Source of the DNA: a virus
Strand: one strand, 5' to 3'
DNA: 64,000 nucleotides
IMG/VR virus record: IMGVR_UViG_3300044770_000059
Coordinates: 19,323 to 83,322 of that record
Shown: one piece after another, positions 54,325 through 64,000 of the stretch
Layout: each line of letters begins with the position of its first letter
Numbering within the stretch: the first letter of the stretch is position 1
Translations under genes and position numbers: made by a program
Notes under the pieces: model-generated
The model's input: the letters and a program-made list of their open reading frames with translations, nothing else
What the model was told of the DNA's origin: nothing
Databases searched by the model: none

Positions 54325-55571
54325 GTTTGACTCCTTTGCGGCGACGGTAGAGGGAGATCGCTGACCGGAGCCCTTCATCCTGAAGCTCTCTCAGCTCGCG
54401 CGCGAGTCTCACGTCGTCTATCTCGGACGCTGCTTTCTCCAGCTCCTTGCGCGTCATTTTTTCGACTGGCTTAAGACTCATTTGTCGCCCTGCCTTTCGT
54501 GGAGCTTCTTCATCAAGATCTCCACCTGGCCCCGTTCCTCTATCGAGAAGCGTGGGGCCTGATCCCATGCATATTCGAGGATCTCCCGGGTGCGTTCGTC
54601 CATCTCCTCATCCTCGCAAGCGTTCCGAAGCTCCCCCAGGCTCATGCAAATGAAGATGAAGCTCTCAGGCATGGTGACTCCTCTGGACCCCAGTGATAGC
54701 TGCTCTATGTGCGGTGGCCGCCTCACTCACGATGCCCACTGATGGCAGCCTGGGCGATCGTTTCGGTCTTGTCTTGCGCCGCCGAGTTGGTCAGCGAGTC
54801 GTCTTCGTAGACGGCGATGATTTCCGGCAGCGCTCCCTCGAACTGAGCTTCCCGACTTGGCTGACGTTCAACCGTGCTTGGGTTGATTCCCAGCGCGCGC
54901 AAAATGGAAGCACAATGTATGCAAGCGGGGTCGGTGCCGTCGGTCTCGTTAGACATGATCTCAATCAGGTGCTGACGTGTATCCGCACTCAACTCCATGA
55001 GGAAGTCCGGCTCAGGCATAGTTACCCTCGTCCTCAGAGATAGCCTCGAAGGTGTGATCCTGATTCAGCCTGGCGAGCCCCCGGGCACGCTTAGCGGCAG
55101 CGGCTTTTCTTCTGAAGACCGCCGCGCTTTCCCCGTGACCGAATACTGGTCCTCTGTCGATCGTCCCGAGGTAGAAGTGGCCGTCGTCGCGGATGATTAC
55201 GTAGCCGCCCCGTGCATTACTCATAGATAACCAGGACCTTCCTCCATGTCGATAGCCAGGGACTTCCTGTCGGCGTCGGGCCAGAGGTAGGCCCCGACGA
55301 TTATGTCTGCCCAGTTGCCATCACCCAGCTCCCACTGGGCGCGCTTCACCGCAGCGGTCATTCGTTCCTCGTGGTCGTCGGGGCGGATGTCAGGGCGCTC
55401 CTTACTCATTAGCTCCTCCTCGCTGGACAGCGCCCACAGAACGGAAGGTGGTTCCCGACCCCCCGGCACCACTCGCCCTTTCGCGTCAGGCATTCGTAGC
55501 GGGCGTGGTGGCCGATGTAGACCCGATGCGTGTAGGGCGCGAGGTCGCTTGCGGGCACTCGGCGCGTTCTC
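54314..55571 (-). CDS. Run of about five small hypothetical genes (54314-54481, 54478-54726, 54723-55019, 55012-55224, 55221-55493)
   Basis: Overlapping start/stop codons; plausible residue composition. Confidence 0.5.
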
Positions 55572-55907
55572 TCAGCCACCGGCTCCTCCTTGTTCTTGGG
55601 GCTGGCGTTCTCGCCTCGCGATGCGGTCACAACGCCGCTCGTAAGAACCGTCTTCCGTCCGCATCAGCACGTCATCGGGGATTTCACTTAATTCGATGGG
55701 CTGAGCGCCCGCCTGAAGCGCGAGGTCGCGCTTGCTCCGCGTCAAGTCGTAATGGGCAAAGGTCGAGTCACCCTGGAACCAACTGCGGCGGAGCCCGATC
55801 TGCTCGGCCACAGCGTGTAACTCATTGAGATCGTTTCCCATCATGTGCGCGCCGCCGTTCCAGCGGCCCCAACCTGACGACGGAAGCTGATCGACGTAGA
55901 CCGTCAC
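55572..55907 (-). CDS. DUF4031-family protein
   Basis: MTVYVD...HMMGNDLNELHAVAEQIGLRRSWFQ...HYDLT. Confidence 0.85.
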   Translation of the reverse strand: MTVYVDQLPSSGWGRWNGGAHMMGNDLNELHAVAEQIGLRRSWFQGDSTFAHYDLTRSKRDLALQAGAQPIELSEIPDDVLMRTEDGSYERRCDRIARRERQPQEQGGAGG

Positions 55908-56224
55908 CGCTCCTCGCCCTCTCTCTCCTGGGATGGGAAGACGACATAGCTAACAGCGTCGAGAAGCCTGTCCACGTCACCCTCATAAGGCGGGATGCAG
56001 CCCTTCAACTCCCGCCAGCCGACCTGAACTGCGGCTTCACTCGACAACCGCTCCCTGACCTCCTCCTCCCAGCGCTTACGTTCGATGGCGAGGACCGCCT
56101 CCGCGATGAACTCGACCATTCTGCGGCGGTCGAACTGGCCCCCACTTTCTTCGTAGGCGATCTCCATGTCGATCAACTTCCGCTCACCCGCTGCCACCGC
56201 CTCCCTGCTCGGTTGATCAGGCAT
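55904..56224 (-). CDS. Paralog-family small protein A
   Basis: MPDQPSREAVAAG...EEEVRERL. Confidence 0.6.
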   Translation of the reverse strand: MPDQPSREAVAAGERKLIDMEIAYEESGGQFDRRRMVEFIAEAVLAIERKRWEEEVRERLSSEAAVQVGWRELKGCIPPYEGDVDRLLDAVSYVVFPSQEREGEER

Positions 56225-56429
56225 CAGCCTCTCCCTCGGATAGCGTCACACGCACCTGCTCGGCCTCGATCCCGTTAAGACTCCGGCATCCATGCACCCC
56301 GCAAACCCAATGGAGGCGCTCCATCGTCACCACCGCCAAGTATTCGCGACAATTGCAAATACGCCGTGGTGGTAAGGCTGGCCCGGGTGGGCCTACAAGG
56401 TCTTTGGGCTGGTAGAAAGACATTCCCAT
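56217..56429 (-). CDS. Small Zn-ribbon protein
   Basis: CNC...CGVHGC. Confidence 0.45.
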   Translation of the reverse strand: MGMSFYQPKDLVGPPGPALPPRRICNCREYLAVVTMERLHWVCGVHGCRSLNGIEAEQVRVTLSEGEADA

Positions 56430-56875
56430 CAGTCTCTCCCTTCCTGTAGGGGTAGGGCGTGGTCGAGGGTCAGCTTCAGCGCCAAGCGTGCGTCCATGCA
56501 GAAGCGGTGCTTGACGTTCCGCTCGACCCCCTCCCAAAGCGCGTCTACTTCGGCGACGGATTTGCCGGAGCGGCTCTTGTGCCGCCCATATTGATGGCGA
56601 GCAAGCGCCTCTCGACCTGCCGGCCCCAGCAGTCTCTCCCTCAGCTCTGCCTCTATGCGAGGGCGAAGGATCGGCTCGATGTCTCCAAGGTCGCGCTCTG
56701 CGCGGTTGAACTCGGCAGCTCGAACATCGTGCCCATTCTGGGGATTGGGTTCGATTTCGTCCCATTCCCTGCCGGGATCAGCGGCGGTTCCGCTTCCGCA
56801 GATTTCAGCGCGGCGAGCATTCCAACGCTTACGCGCTAGGGCCTCCACCGCCTCCTTGCTCGGTTGGTCAGTCAT
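56429..56875 (-). CDS. Paralog-family small protein B
   Basis: MTDQPSKEAVEAL...RPRIEAELRERL. Confidence 0.6.
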   Translation of the reverse strand: MTDQPSKEAVEALARKRWNARRAEICGSGTAADPGREWDEIEPNPQNGHDVRAAEFNRAERDLGDIEPILRPRIEAELRERLLGPAGREALARHQYGRHKSRSGKSVAEVDALWEGVERNVKHRFCMDARLALKLTLDHALPLQEGRD

Positions 56876-57240
56876 CGGATCTCCCCTTCCTGTTTGAGTA
56901 GGGCTTGACCGACTTCGTAAGCGATCCTCAGCGCGTCGCCGCATTCGACGCGCTCCGCGAAATCCTCACGGTCTTCGCCCGGCGCTGGCAACCCGCCAAT
57001 GCGCTCGAAGGGCTCGGTCAGCCGCTCCCTCAGTTCTGCCTCTATGTGGGGACGAACCGACCCCTTCAGCAAGCGGCGAGCCACGATTCGCCAGCTTCCC
57101 TTCACTCTGTCATCCCGTGACTCCCAGGACCACTCCCCTTCGGGGTTTAGCAGGAGGCTTGAATGGCGCTCACCCATTGCGGTTCTGTACAACTCCATCG
57201 CCATCGCCTCCACCGCTTCTTCCATGTGGCTGCCAACCAT
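56872..57240 (-). CDS. Paralog-family small protein C
   Basis: MEEAVEAM...RPHIEAELRERL. Confidence 0.6.
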   Translation of the reverse strand: MVGSHMEEAVEAMAMELYRTAMGERHSSLLLNPEGEWSWESRDDRVKGSWRIVARRLLKGSVRPHIEAELRERLTEPFERIGGLPAPGEDREDFAERVECGDALRIAYEVGQALLKQEGEIR

Positions 57241-58868
57241 CAGACCACCAGCCCATAGGTGAAGAGGAACCCATCGTCCTGGCGCGCGGCCGAACCCACG
57301 ATTCGGTAATGCGCCACCTGAAGGTCGCCATCCGGAGCCGCCCCGCATGCCGTGCATCGAACGATGTCGCGGCCGTGCTCCACGAAGCTGTGTGCCCCAT
57401 CGGGGCTCTTACGGCAGTTGCCGGCGATCGACTCGAATGGATCGAAGATCATCCACCACTCCGAGCCACCACGCTGGAGGAACCAACGATCCTTCGTCGG
57501 CGGAACGACCATCTTAATAACCTGGCTGATCGCCGGGCCGTCGAGAAACTTCAGCTCGTATCCCTCCGTCATACGTGTTCCACCCTCACCACAGCGTCGA
57601 AACCAACAGACTGGAATGTGGACTTATCCTCTTCACATATCAGCAGGATCGGCTCGCCATTGCCAAGGTCGGTTGCCACACCGATGAATTCACCCTCCAG
57701 GGTTTCCTTTTTACGGCCCTCGTTGTAGAAAACGACCCTCACCATGTCGCCGGTCTCGATGTATTTTGTCGCTAGATCAATCATGGCTTCTCCAGTTCTT
57801 CAATCAGAGCCTGCCGGCCCCACTCGGTGATGTAGGGCTCGTACTCCCCGCTCTGCCCGACCTCAGCGCGTTTGACGTAGCCTTTTCTATATGCCTCGTC
57901 CCAGGCCGAATGAAGAACCTCAGACTCAGCGATAGCACTATCCGGAAAAACGCAAAAAGCAAGCACAATTAGTAGTTTCGGGTCCATTAGTCGTTATGTC
58001 TTCTGATTGTGAGCTGGACCGTTCCGCTTTTCGGGAAGACCTGCTCGTGGGCAATGTAGTAACTCGGCCCGCAGACAATCACATAGGAAGAAGTCGGCCC
58101 CATTTCCTTCTCTCCGAGGATCTTCCCGTTCTTCGCATCCGTGGTGATTACCACCACCCGCTCCGGCGCTTGCAGGCGCGGCAGTTCAATCTCTCTCACT
58201 CTGGCTCCTCTGGATCGTGTTGGAACCCACATCTCCCACAAACCCCGTCCTCATCCACAACATTGTGGTCGCAAGCCTGACACTCGTCGGGGTACACGGG
58301 GTCGGGCTCGTGGAAGTGGGGATGTGCATTGCTGACGCCGACGGGATAGCCGTCCTGCTCTCCGAGGTTGCCCATCAGATCTCCTGGATTCTGATCGTCA
58401 GCGGCGCGCGAAAACCGAAACCCTTGTTCAGCCCCCATCTCCGGTGCTCCTCGGCCATTTCCCCCGCGAACTTAGCCATGACCTCCAGCGCCGTCGGCTC
58501 ATCATCACCAGGCTCCATGAAGTCCTCGGGCAGTTCAGCTCCGATCTGCTGGCCGTTGCCGGCCTCTATCCATATCTTCCAGCCCATCACTGATCCTCCG
58601 GACGACCCTGCTCAATGATCGCCAAATCCCTGCCCTGGCTCCGCAGAAGCGCACGAGCATGACTGAGCATGTGCTTGACGGCGATGTCCTCTTCATCTTT
58701 CTCATAGCCGTACAGCGAGGCAGCGGCCTGGTTCCCCTCGCTTAACAGGACGATCGCTCTCACGTCCTCGGCGTCATCGCCCATCTCTTCGAGGACTTCA
58801 AACATGAGATCGCAAAACGCGGTAAGGCGATCCACGGGGTCCTCCTCTGAGCGAATCGGCTCACTCAT
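57240..58868 (-). CDS. Run of small hypothetical genes (57240-57572, 57569-57784, 57781-57987, 57987-58241, about 58196-58378, 58375-58590, 58587-58868)
   Basis: Chained overlaps; SH3-like (57569) and Cys-containing members. Confidence 0.5.
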
Positions 58869-59227
58869 AGCTGCTCCCATTCTGGGAACGGAACTTCGAC
58901 CTCTCGTCGCCACCAGCGGTATCGGTATCCCTGGAAGCCTCTGACCCCCAGCGGGATCGTCACCGCTACCGCATCGCCACGACGAACGAGGGCAAAGCTA
59001 CCTGGCGATCCGCCGAACCGATCCGCCAGGTCAAGCCGCACCAGTGGGGAATACCCGCGCAGTTTGCCGCCGGCGACGACATAGATCCGATCGCCAAGCG
59101 TCACCTGGAGCGGGTGCCTGACCACGTAGAAGCCGTACTCCCTTCCGCTCCACTCCTCACCAGCCAGGTCGCCTTCGCTGAGCCAATTGGCCCACTCGCC
59201 CTTCGGAACTGTGACAACTACATCCAT
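58865..59227 (-). CDS. ASCH/PUA-like protein
   Basis: GDRIYVV...LRGYS...VRGFQGYRY. Confidence 0.5.
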   Translation of the reverse strand: MDVVVTVPKGEWANWLSEGDLAGEEWSGREYGFYVVRHPLQVTLGDRIYVVAGGKLRGYSPLVRLDLADRFGGSPGSFALVRRGDAVAVTIPLGVRGFQGYRYRWWRREVEVPFPEWEQL

Positions 59228-59327
59228 CAGCGTTCCCTTCGGCGCACGTTGAGGGTGATCTCCCTGGCCGGCCGGCGCGGGCCGGGCTCGGCTGGGGAGA
59301 GGAGAAGTTTGAGGATTCGGCGGAAGG

Positions 59328-59672
59328 TCATGGCTCCACCCGATCAGCACCTGTGTCGTGTTGGAACCGCCTAGCCCACCGATCGGCGATGCCTTGCGCA
59401 GCCGCCTCGCCGCAGTCGGGCCTATCGGCGCAGTAACGGACGCAGATTGTGAGCTTGGCCCCGGCGTCCTCACCGTACTCCTGTTTGAAAACCCGGATCA
59501 TCCGGTCGGGCCGTGCGTCGCCGCAAACGTGGCAGGTCCAGGTGACCCCCTGCTCAATCGCCTCGGCAATGACATTTTCGAGGGTGGCTCTCGTGTCTGG
59601 ACGGAACTGACCGACGAACTCCTCTTCGGTCTCCGCAACGATTTTCGCAGCCTGTCGGTGAGCCAAACTCAT
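59328..59672 (-). CDS. Small Zn-finger protein
   Basis: CHVC...YCADRPDC. Confidence 0.5.
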   Translation of the reverse strand: MSLAHRQAAKIVAETEEEFVGQFRPDTRATLENVIAEAIEQGVTWTCHVCGDARPDRMIRVFKQEYGEDAGAKLTICVRYCADRPDCGEAAAQGIADRWARRFQHDTGADRVEP

Positions 59673-60340
59673 GCTGGCTCCGGGAGGTACTTATTGAAGA
59701 GTTCGCGGTCTTTGCATAACTGCGCGACCGCCGCCTCCCCCTCTTCTTCGGCCAGCTTCAATAACTTTGGGAAGCCCCGCTCGATCGCCGCCTCGACGCC
59801 CTCGCGAGTCGCCGGCCCACCCTTCTCGAACCAGAGGACCCCCGTCGGCGCGCCCATGCTGAAGAGCACCCCATCATCCGCGTTGACCGACATGAAGGCT
59901 TCCGTAACCCACACCATCGTCACCCCCGGGTTATCGAGGATAGGCTCACCGGCCATCTCCAGATCCTCGGGCAGGTTGTTGTCCCGACGGCGCGCGTGTG
60001 GCCTGGCAAGGAAGGGGCAGGCAATCGCCGCGAACGTGGCGCAGTTCAGGTGAGAGGGGGGCTCACTGCTGATCCGGTTGATTCCGCACATTGGGCCGAC
60101 GACGAATGCTTTGTAGCGACCCATGCGCTGGCCGCAGATCCAGCAGCGCTGACCCCGCACGGCCCTGACAATCGCGTCAGGACGGATGATCCGGAAATCG
60201 GGCTTGCCGTGGCCTGGGAAGACCTCCTTATCGCCGTCGAGCCAGGTGACGAACCAGGGCACCGGGTAGCCCCGATCGTCCACCGGCAGGGCCTTGATTC
60301 GATCGGGGAGCGGCGGAAGATCTCTACGCAGCTCAGCCAT
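59669..60340 (-). CDS. Conserved phage hypothetical protein (Cys/His cluster)
   Basis: RGYPVPWF...CWICGQ...GPMC...EPPSHLNCA..A..ACPFL. Confidence 0.65.
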   Translation of the reverse strand: MAELRRDLPPLPDRIKALPVDDRGYPVPWFVTWLDGDKEVFPGHGKPDFRIIRPDAIVRAVRGQRCWICGQRMGRYKAFVVGPMCGINRISSEPPSHLNCATFAAIACPFLARPHARRRDNNLPEDLEMAGEPILDNPGVTMVWVTEAFMSVNADDGVLFSMGAPTGVLWFEKGGPATREGVEAAIERGFPKLLKLAEEEGEAAVAQLCKDRELFNKYLPEPA

Positions 60341-60719
60341 GTGTCGCTCTGATCCAGCCGTGCTTATCGAAATTCCGCAACGCCCGGCCGAGGGCGATCT
60401 GAATCCCGCGCCGCCGATCGAAGTTGTCATCTTCCGAACACTCGGCATGCCCGACGACGAAACCATTCCCTTCAACGGTTCTGATGATGACGAGGGTCTC
60501 GCCGCCTTTGTGTGCGTACCGTATGTCCCGTCCCTCATTCCGACGCCTCTGAAATTCCACCCCACTAATGACTTTGAGCGAATAGGTATTGGAGTAGCGG
60601 TCGGAGTAAGCTGGCCGTCGATGAGTTACCTCGACATCGACCTTCATACAGCCCAGATGTTCAACCTCCTCGTCGGTCGCCGCCTTCCCCAGTACCTGTC
60701 CGATCTCGTCGGCGGTCAT
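60333..60719 (-). CDS. Conserved phage hypothetical protein
   Basis: AECSEDDNFDRRRGIQIALGRA. Confidence 0.55.
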   Translation of the reverse strand: MTADEIGQVLGKAATDEEVEHLGCMKVDVEVTHRRPAYSDRYSNTYSLKVISGVEFQRRRNEGRDIRYAHKGGETLVIIRTVEGNGFVVGHAECSEDDNFDRRRGIQIALGRALRNFDKHGWIRATHG

Positions 60720-60994
60720 CGGCTGCCCTGTAAGTCGAAGACGTGCCAAACGAAGACCCCATCCCTCATCGGTACCGTTGCAATGTGGTCTCTGCCCTCA
60801 ATGATTGAGGGGATGGAGTGACCTGTCCCGAAGATGTGGAACATGCGCTCCTCCAGGGACTCGTCGGGATCGACAAGCGCCCAGATCGCCAGACCGGCGG
60901 CTTGCTCTCCGACGTACAGAACCTCAGCGCCTCTGGGCATTATGATCGTCACGTCATCGGCGATCTCTACCGGGAATTTCCAGATCTGCCTCAT
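60716..60994 (-). CDS. Conserved small phage protein
   Basis: IWKFP...WALVDP...IFGTGH...VWHVF. Confidence 0.65.
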   Translation of the reverse strand: MRQIWKFPVEIADDVTIIMPRGAEVLYVGEQAAGLAIWALVDPDESLEERMFHIFGTGHSIPSIIEGRDHIATVPMRDGVFVWHVFDLQGSR

Positions 60995-62575
60995 CGCATC
61001 TCCTTGTCGAGTTCAACTCTCATGGCGTCGGCTACCCGCCCTAACGATTTCGCCTTATCAGCCAGACTCTCCGACAAAGCTGGATCTCTCTCGTTCTTCG
61101 AGTCCTCTTCGCACTCGGCCGCATCGGAGTCCAGCCAGAACTGCGCGACGCTCGCATCCTCGCGACTGATCGTGATGGTGATCTCAGTCATCTCTACCCC
61201 AGGGCGCGAGCGAGACACAAATTGGTCCCTTGCCTGCCAGGAGTGTTCGGTTCTCAACACCGGCAATCGAACTCCGAGCCCAAAAAGCCAGCCTGAGAAT
61301 CGCGTCATACTGAGTGGCGTCGTTATCGAGCTTACCCGCGCCGATGACATCGAGTTTCAGCCCGGGGTTGCCCTCCGGAAATTCCACCTGGAGCCTCTTA
61401 GCCACTACAGCCCACACCCCTCCATGCAGTCGTCAGAGCAGGGCCGGCCGGCGATCATCCGCTGAGTCTCCTCGTCCTCGGGGATCGGGAAACCATACTG
61501 CTCGCAGATCCGTGCCAGAACCGGAGCGCCATACTGCGCGTAGGGTTCGTCGTCCAGGTCGTCCCCCATTAGCCACATCCAGGCCCTGAACTTCATCAGG
61601 CTGCGGCTGGCCGAGTTAGCCCGGTGGTCGAGCACCTTACCCCAGGCGAACTCCATATATCTGCTCATTCGCTTAATCACGGCTTCGCGGGTGAGGGGTA
61701 TGGACTCCTCGTCCCACTCCTCCTGGGTGACGCCTTCCTTGGCGATCTCCTTGCCGGCGTCCCAGGGGAGGAACTCGACCAGCGCCTCCTGCTCGAACTG
61801 CGCGAAGGGGCCGAGGTTGATGTTCGGTTTTTTGATCCGCTCCAGGATCTCTGCTCCGGTCTTCATCTCAGACACGATTACCCCTTCCCTTCCCGCCGGC
61901 GATTGTTGCCGGGTCGGATGAGGTTGGCTGACCGAGTGCGATGTAACAGGAGTCGCAGACCACGGTCTCGCCATCCCACGTGCCGTCGTCGGCCATCCCC
62001 TCGTCGGAGTCGTATATGCCCGCCACCGACTTGCCGTCATAACAAGATGGGGCCGCTCTCGCGCGGCAACGGATTAGCTGCGATCTTTTAGCCATCGAAC
62101 TCACCGTCCTGCACGCGAACCGATAGAGCTTGGTGTCCATCCTGCTCCAGCATCTCCACCAGCGTTATCTTCGGGAACGGTATTGAGCTTCTGAAGTCAG
62201 ACCAGTAGCCGTCGTACGCTTTGCTCACCACCGACGCCGGGTATCCGACCTCCTTCATCGCTTCGGCCAGCCGCTGGTTGTGGTCTCTGGTCACAGCAGC
62301 TCCCCCTCGGGGCTCAGTACGTCGGGCTGGGTGGTGGCGTCGCAGATCTCACATTTCTCCCCCTGCATGCTAAAGACGTGCGCGCCATGTAACTCGCAAG
62401 TGTTCCTATTGGTCGCCAGGGTGACGGCGTTGGACATCGCGATGTCGCTGCTGAGCATGCCGACCTCGAACTTCTTCGGGGGGAGGTAACCCGTGCGATC
62501 GACCACCGAGTAGTAAGGAGGTCGCAGGGTCGAGTGATCCTCGACGTAGAAGCGGCGAATAGCGTTGATGCTCAT
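60991..62575 (-). CDS. Run of small hypothetical genes (about 60991-61200, 61405-61875, 61868-62091, 62088-62294, 62291-62575)
   Basis: Chained overlaps. Confidence 0.5.
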
Positions 62576-62577
62576 CC

Positions 62578-62913
62578 CTACCTCGCGCTCTCAGGAACCT
62601 CGATCGCGTACATCCCGGTGCCGCCCCGAAACCCGCCACGGCGGTTGTACTTCTCGGCACGCACTGTCTCGACCGTGCTGTAAGGCGTCGCCAAGTCAAC
62701 ACGAGCGAGGTCAATCACCACCTGGGCTATGTCGGCCAGCTCTCCAACGCACGGGTCGATTAGGTACTCGGCGACCTCTTCCATCAGCTTCTTGCGCAGA
62801 AGCTCAGCGTGCTCGTGCCCGACTTCCACCGGGCCGAAGGAGACCTCGTGTGTGTCATGGATGAAGTCCTTCTCCACCTTGTCGCGGACCAGCTTAATGA
62901 GATAGCCACTCAC
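62578..62913 (-). CDS. MazG-like / PRA-PH-like NTP pyrophosphohydrolase
   Basis: KLVRDK...LRKKLMEEVAEY...ELADI...EKYNRRGGF. Confidence 0.8.
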   Translation of the reverse strand: MSGYLIKLVRDKVEKDFIHDTHEVSFGPVEVGHEHAELLRKKLMEEVAEYLIDPCVGELADIAQVVIDLARVDLATPYSTVETVRAEKYNRRGGFRGGTGMYAIEVPESAR

Positions 62914-63997
62914 GCCTGCCCCCGTTCGGCCGCTTCCTCCATCGAGTTTCTGTGGGCCTCCTCGATGTAGCCGCGCAACTGGTCGGGGATGAAGCCTCTG
63001 AAGCGCAGCTCCTCGAACAGATCCGCCGCCAGCAGCTCGGAGCGGTTCTCGCCGAGGATTAGTTCGAGCGTCATGCGCGCGCCGTGGCTCATCCCGTCGT
63101 GGTAATCGACCTTGGCGGCGCGGCCCGTCACGACTCCACCGCCTCGTCATACCAATCCTCCGCCCTCCGCAGGGCGACGTAACGATCTCGATCCTCTTCG
63201 ACCACTTCACGCATTCCCGGCTGGCCCGGCACCGCGCGCATCTTGATCTCCCCCAGCTCTCCGCCCGGGGGTTTCCCTGTCTCGCCCCAGTAGCACGGCA
63301 TCCGCCCGTAACCGAGATCCTCGATCGTCCAGATTGGCCCGACGATCTTCATTCGTGGCCTCCGAAGGGATGTAGGGTGGCGCGGCCTCGGGGCTCCAGG
63401 TGCTTGCGCAGGACGGGTTCCGCCGAGCCGCCCCCTCCATGTCGTGCCCAGGCGACGAAGCAGATGTCGTCAGTCGATGGGCTCCCTGGTCTGGCCGGCA
63501 TCCAGTGTTCAACCAGGCCGACAGTCCCCTGCGGGATTAGCTGCGCGTCGGAGGCCATCCGCACCACGTCGATCGCCAGTCGTTCGGCTGGCGCGCGCGC
63601 AGCGCGGCGAACGCGAAAACTGATCTCGAACCCAGCGACCTTAGTCATTGTGACCACCGAAGAAGTACGGGTTGGTGGACCCTCCGGTTAGGGCGCGCGT
63701 CACCGCGTCGCGGGCCTCGCGCCAATCTCTGAGTTGACCCGCAATCAAGTGTGGGTCCCACTCGATTACTGGCGTCCCGGCGAGGTTCTTATCCAGCCCA
63801 TCGCCGACCTCGACCAGATCGGTCACAACCTGCCCGAATGTCTTCATCGAGCCACCCATTATTGGCTCACCCTGAGAGATCGTCGCGAAGCCGAGCGCCA
63901 TGACATCACTGCACAGGACGGGCTCCGCCCGGCCGCCGCCACCTGGCCTCACCCAGGCGATAAATAGGTATTGACCGTCAGCCGAAATATTCTCCAC
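62910..63997 (-). CDS. Run of small hypothetical genes (62910-63131, 63128-63352, 63349-63657, 63641-63997)
   Basis: Chained overlaps. Confidence 0.5.
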
Positions 63998-64000
63998 TAC

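Noticed and set aside
1-64000. DGR, retron, group I/II intron, intein or alternative genetic code
   Set aside because: No reverse-transcriptase motif, no long template/variable repeat pair and no split conserved genes seen; core genes are full length in the standard code

Overview
The window is a large part of a GC-rich (about 60-65% by eye) tailed dsDNA siphophage genome, probably infecting an actinobacterium (inference). Nearly all genes lie on the minus strand. Read in the direction of transcription (64000 down to 1) the modules are: (i) about 46-64 kb, tightly packed small early/accessory genes plus an AAA ATPase, ArsR-type regulator, SNF2 helicase, beta-clamp-like protein and MazG-like NTPase; (ii) 44.3-46 kb, a split lysis cassette (M15 peptidase, holin, lysozyme-like); (iii) 12.8-41 kb, morphogenesis: HNH, terminase, portal, protease/scaffold, capsid, neck, tail tube, frameshifted chaperone, 1516-aa tape measure and tail tip; (iv) 2.8-12.4 kb, recombination/replication: SSAP, RusA, Cas4/AddB-like nuclease, initiator with internal ori-like repeats, DnaB, SSB-like, HerA-like; (v) 1-2.8 kb, a glycosyltransferase/methyltransferase cluster. 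The only plus-strand elements I can support are an 82-aa acidic disordered protein, a tRNA-Lys(UUU) and a remodelled copy of that tRNA at 28642-28744. That copy is the most novel-looking signal: its helices are conserved with compensatory changes while the elbow is destroyed. A 10-bp motif CGTAWATTAR occurs 8 times in the late region, once inside the protease gene upstream of a nested scaffold start. No integrase, DNA polymerase, reverse transcriptase or CRISPR array was seen. All protein assignments come from motif recognition by eye; no database search was run.
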